This document shows positions 63,111 to 64,000 of a DNA stretch of 64,000 nt, one piece after another. The first letter of the stretch is position 1, and the number at the start of each line of letters is the position of its first letter. The stretch is from Camelus dromedarius. Its lineage: Eukaryota. The position numbers were made by a program, and so were the translations under genes. The notes beneath the pieces were generated by a model, which made no database searches, was not told the DNA's origin, and saw only the letters and a list, made by a program, of their open reading frames with translations. The stretch is from assembly GCF_036321535.1 (NCBI RefSeq), contig NC_087436.1, forward strand, positions 116,686,001 through 116,750,000. The letters run 5' to 3'.

Positions 63111-63651
63111 GATCATGCATAAACCTATGGCCTCATTTGTTCCCCACGACAACTTTGTGAGCTGTGTGATGCAGAAAGTCTTTTCTTGTTTTATTGATGA
63201 GGAAATTGAGTCTCAAAGGAGATCCTGCTAAAATCTCACGTGGGCATCTCATGCCATCAGCAGGCTCCTAAGCTCAGGAGCTATAAGGAGCCCCCACCCA
63301 CCCAGCCCAGCTGGCACACGCAAGCCCTGAGGCCAGTCAGGCACAGCCTGAGCAGAGAAAGTGTTTTGCACAACGAGCCACGCAACTGACAAAGTATTAT
63401 TCGTTGTGTCAGTGCTAAGGCATTCTGTCTAAACAATTTCCCATCACCAATAGGAGAGGGCTGCCTGGGTGAAAGGCTCTGAGTCATTCAATCAGTTTCA
63501 CATGGCCTCACTCAGCAGTACAAGAAAGGGCTTACAATTTGATGTTAGACTGTGCTTTGCATTAGCCAGAAATGTCTCCAACTCACCCGATCAAGTGTAT
63601 TCTTAGAATGCCTTCAACACACTGGCTTTTGACCTTGATATACACTGGCAT

Positions 63652-63840
63652 TTCTGTGTCCCTGACACCCGACAAATTCGTATGTTGAAGTCCTAACCCA
63701 TAGCACCTCAGAATGTCACCATATTTGGGGATAAAGTGGTATTTAAGGTAAAATGGGGTCATTAGAGTGGATCTTAATCTAATATGGCTGGTATCCCTAT
63801 AAAAAGGGGAAATATGGACACAGATGTACCGAGGAAGACC
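63652..63840 (+). mobile_element. MaLR LTR (MLT1B-like), 5' portion
   Basis: aaattcgtatgttgaagtcctaacc ... acctcagaatgt ... ctaatatggctggtatccctataaaaaggggaaatatggacacaga. Confidence 0.85.
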
Positions 63841-63857
63841 AGTCCAAGCAAACTTAC

Positions 63858-64000
63858 ACAGATACCCTTTGGTATCATGGGGGATTGGTTCCAGGACCCT
63901 CACAGATACCAAAATTCATGGATGCTCACATCCCTTATATAAAATGGTGTCCTGTTTGCCAATAATATGCACATATCCTCATGTATACTTTATTTAATCT
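63858..64000. mobile_element. MER2-like TcMar-Tigger element, runs off the window
   Basis: ggtatcatgggggattggttccaggaccc ... gataccaaaattcatggatgctca ... tcccttatataaaatgg. Confidence 0.85.

Noticed and set aside
1..64000. CRISPR array, operon, or novel defence or other multi-gene system
   Set aside because: This is eukaryotic repeat-rich non-coding DNA. The direct repeats are TSDs or isolated pairs rather than regularly spaced arrays, and no host or viral coding cluster is present

Overview
Mammalian genomic DNA, most likely camelid (camel/alpaca/llama). The evidence is a tRNA-Ala-derived SINE of the vic-1 type at 26.3 kb and several young L1 3' ends of artiodactyl type. The window is repeat-dense and non-coding. 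It holds two ~4.8-kb ancient L1s, one young 1.6-kb L1 with a readable ORF2 C-terminus, many MIR/L2 relics, MaLR/ERVL solo LTRs and MER DNA-transposon fossils. I see no host protein-coding ORF; the ORF track is noise or L1 remnants. The only gene-like signal is a 53-nt candidate exon (44380-44432, + strand) downstream of a CpG-enriched, motif-rich patch, so the window is probably intronic to a large + strand gene that I cannot name. I found no convincing new biological system. The most unusual items are retrotransposition and repair by-products: a TSD-flanked chimeric retrocopy (non-L1 polyadenylated sequence plus inverted L1) at 46.2 kb, a perfect 20-bp-arm hairpin inside an L1 3'UTR, two insertions at the same site of two MER5A1-like elements, and atypical L1 junctions. 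Repeat family names come from recalled consensus motifs, not a database search. Repeat boundaries are approximate unless TSDs are given.
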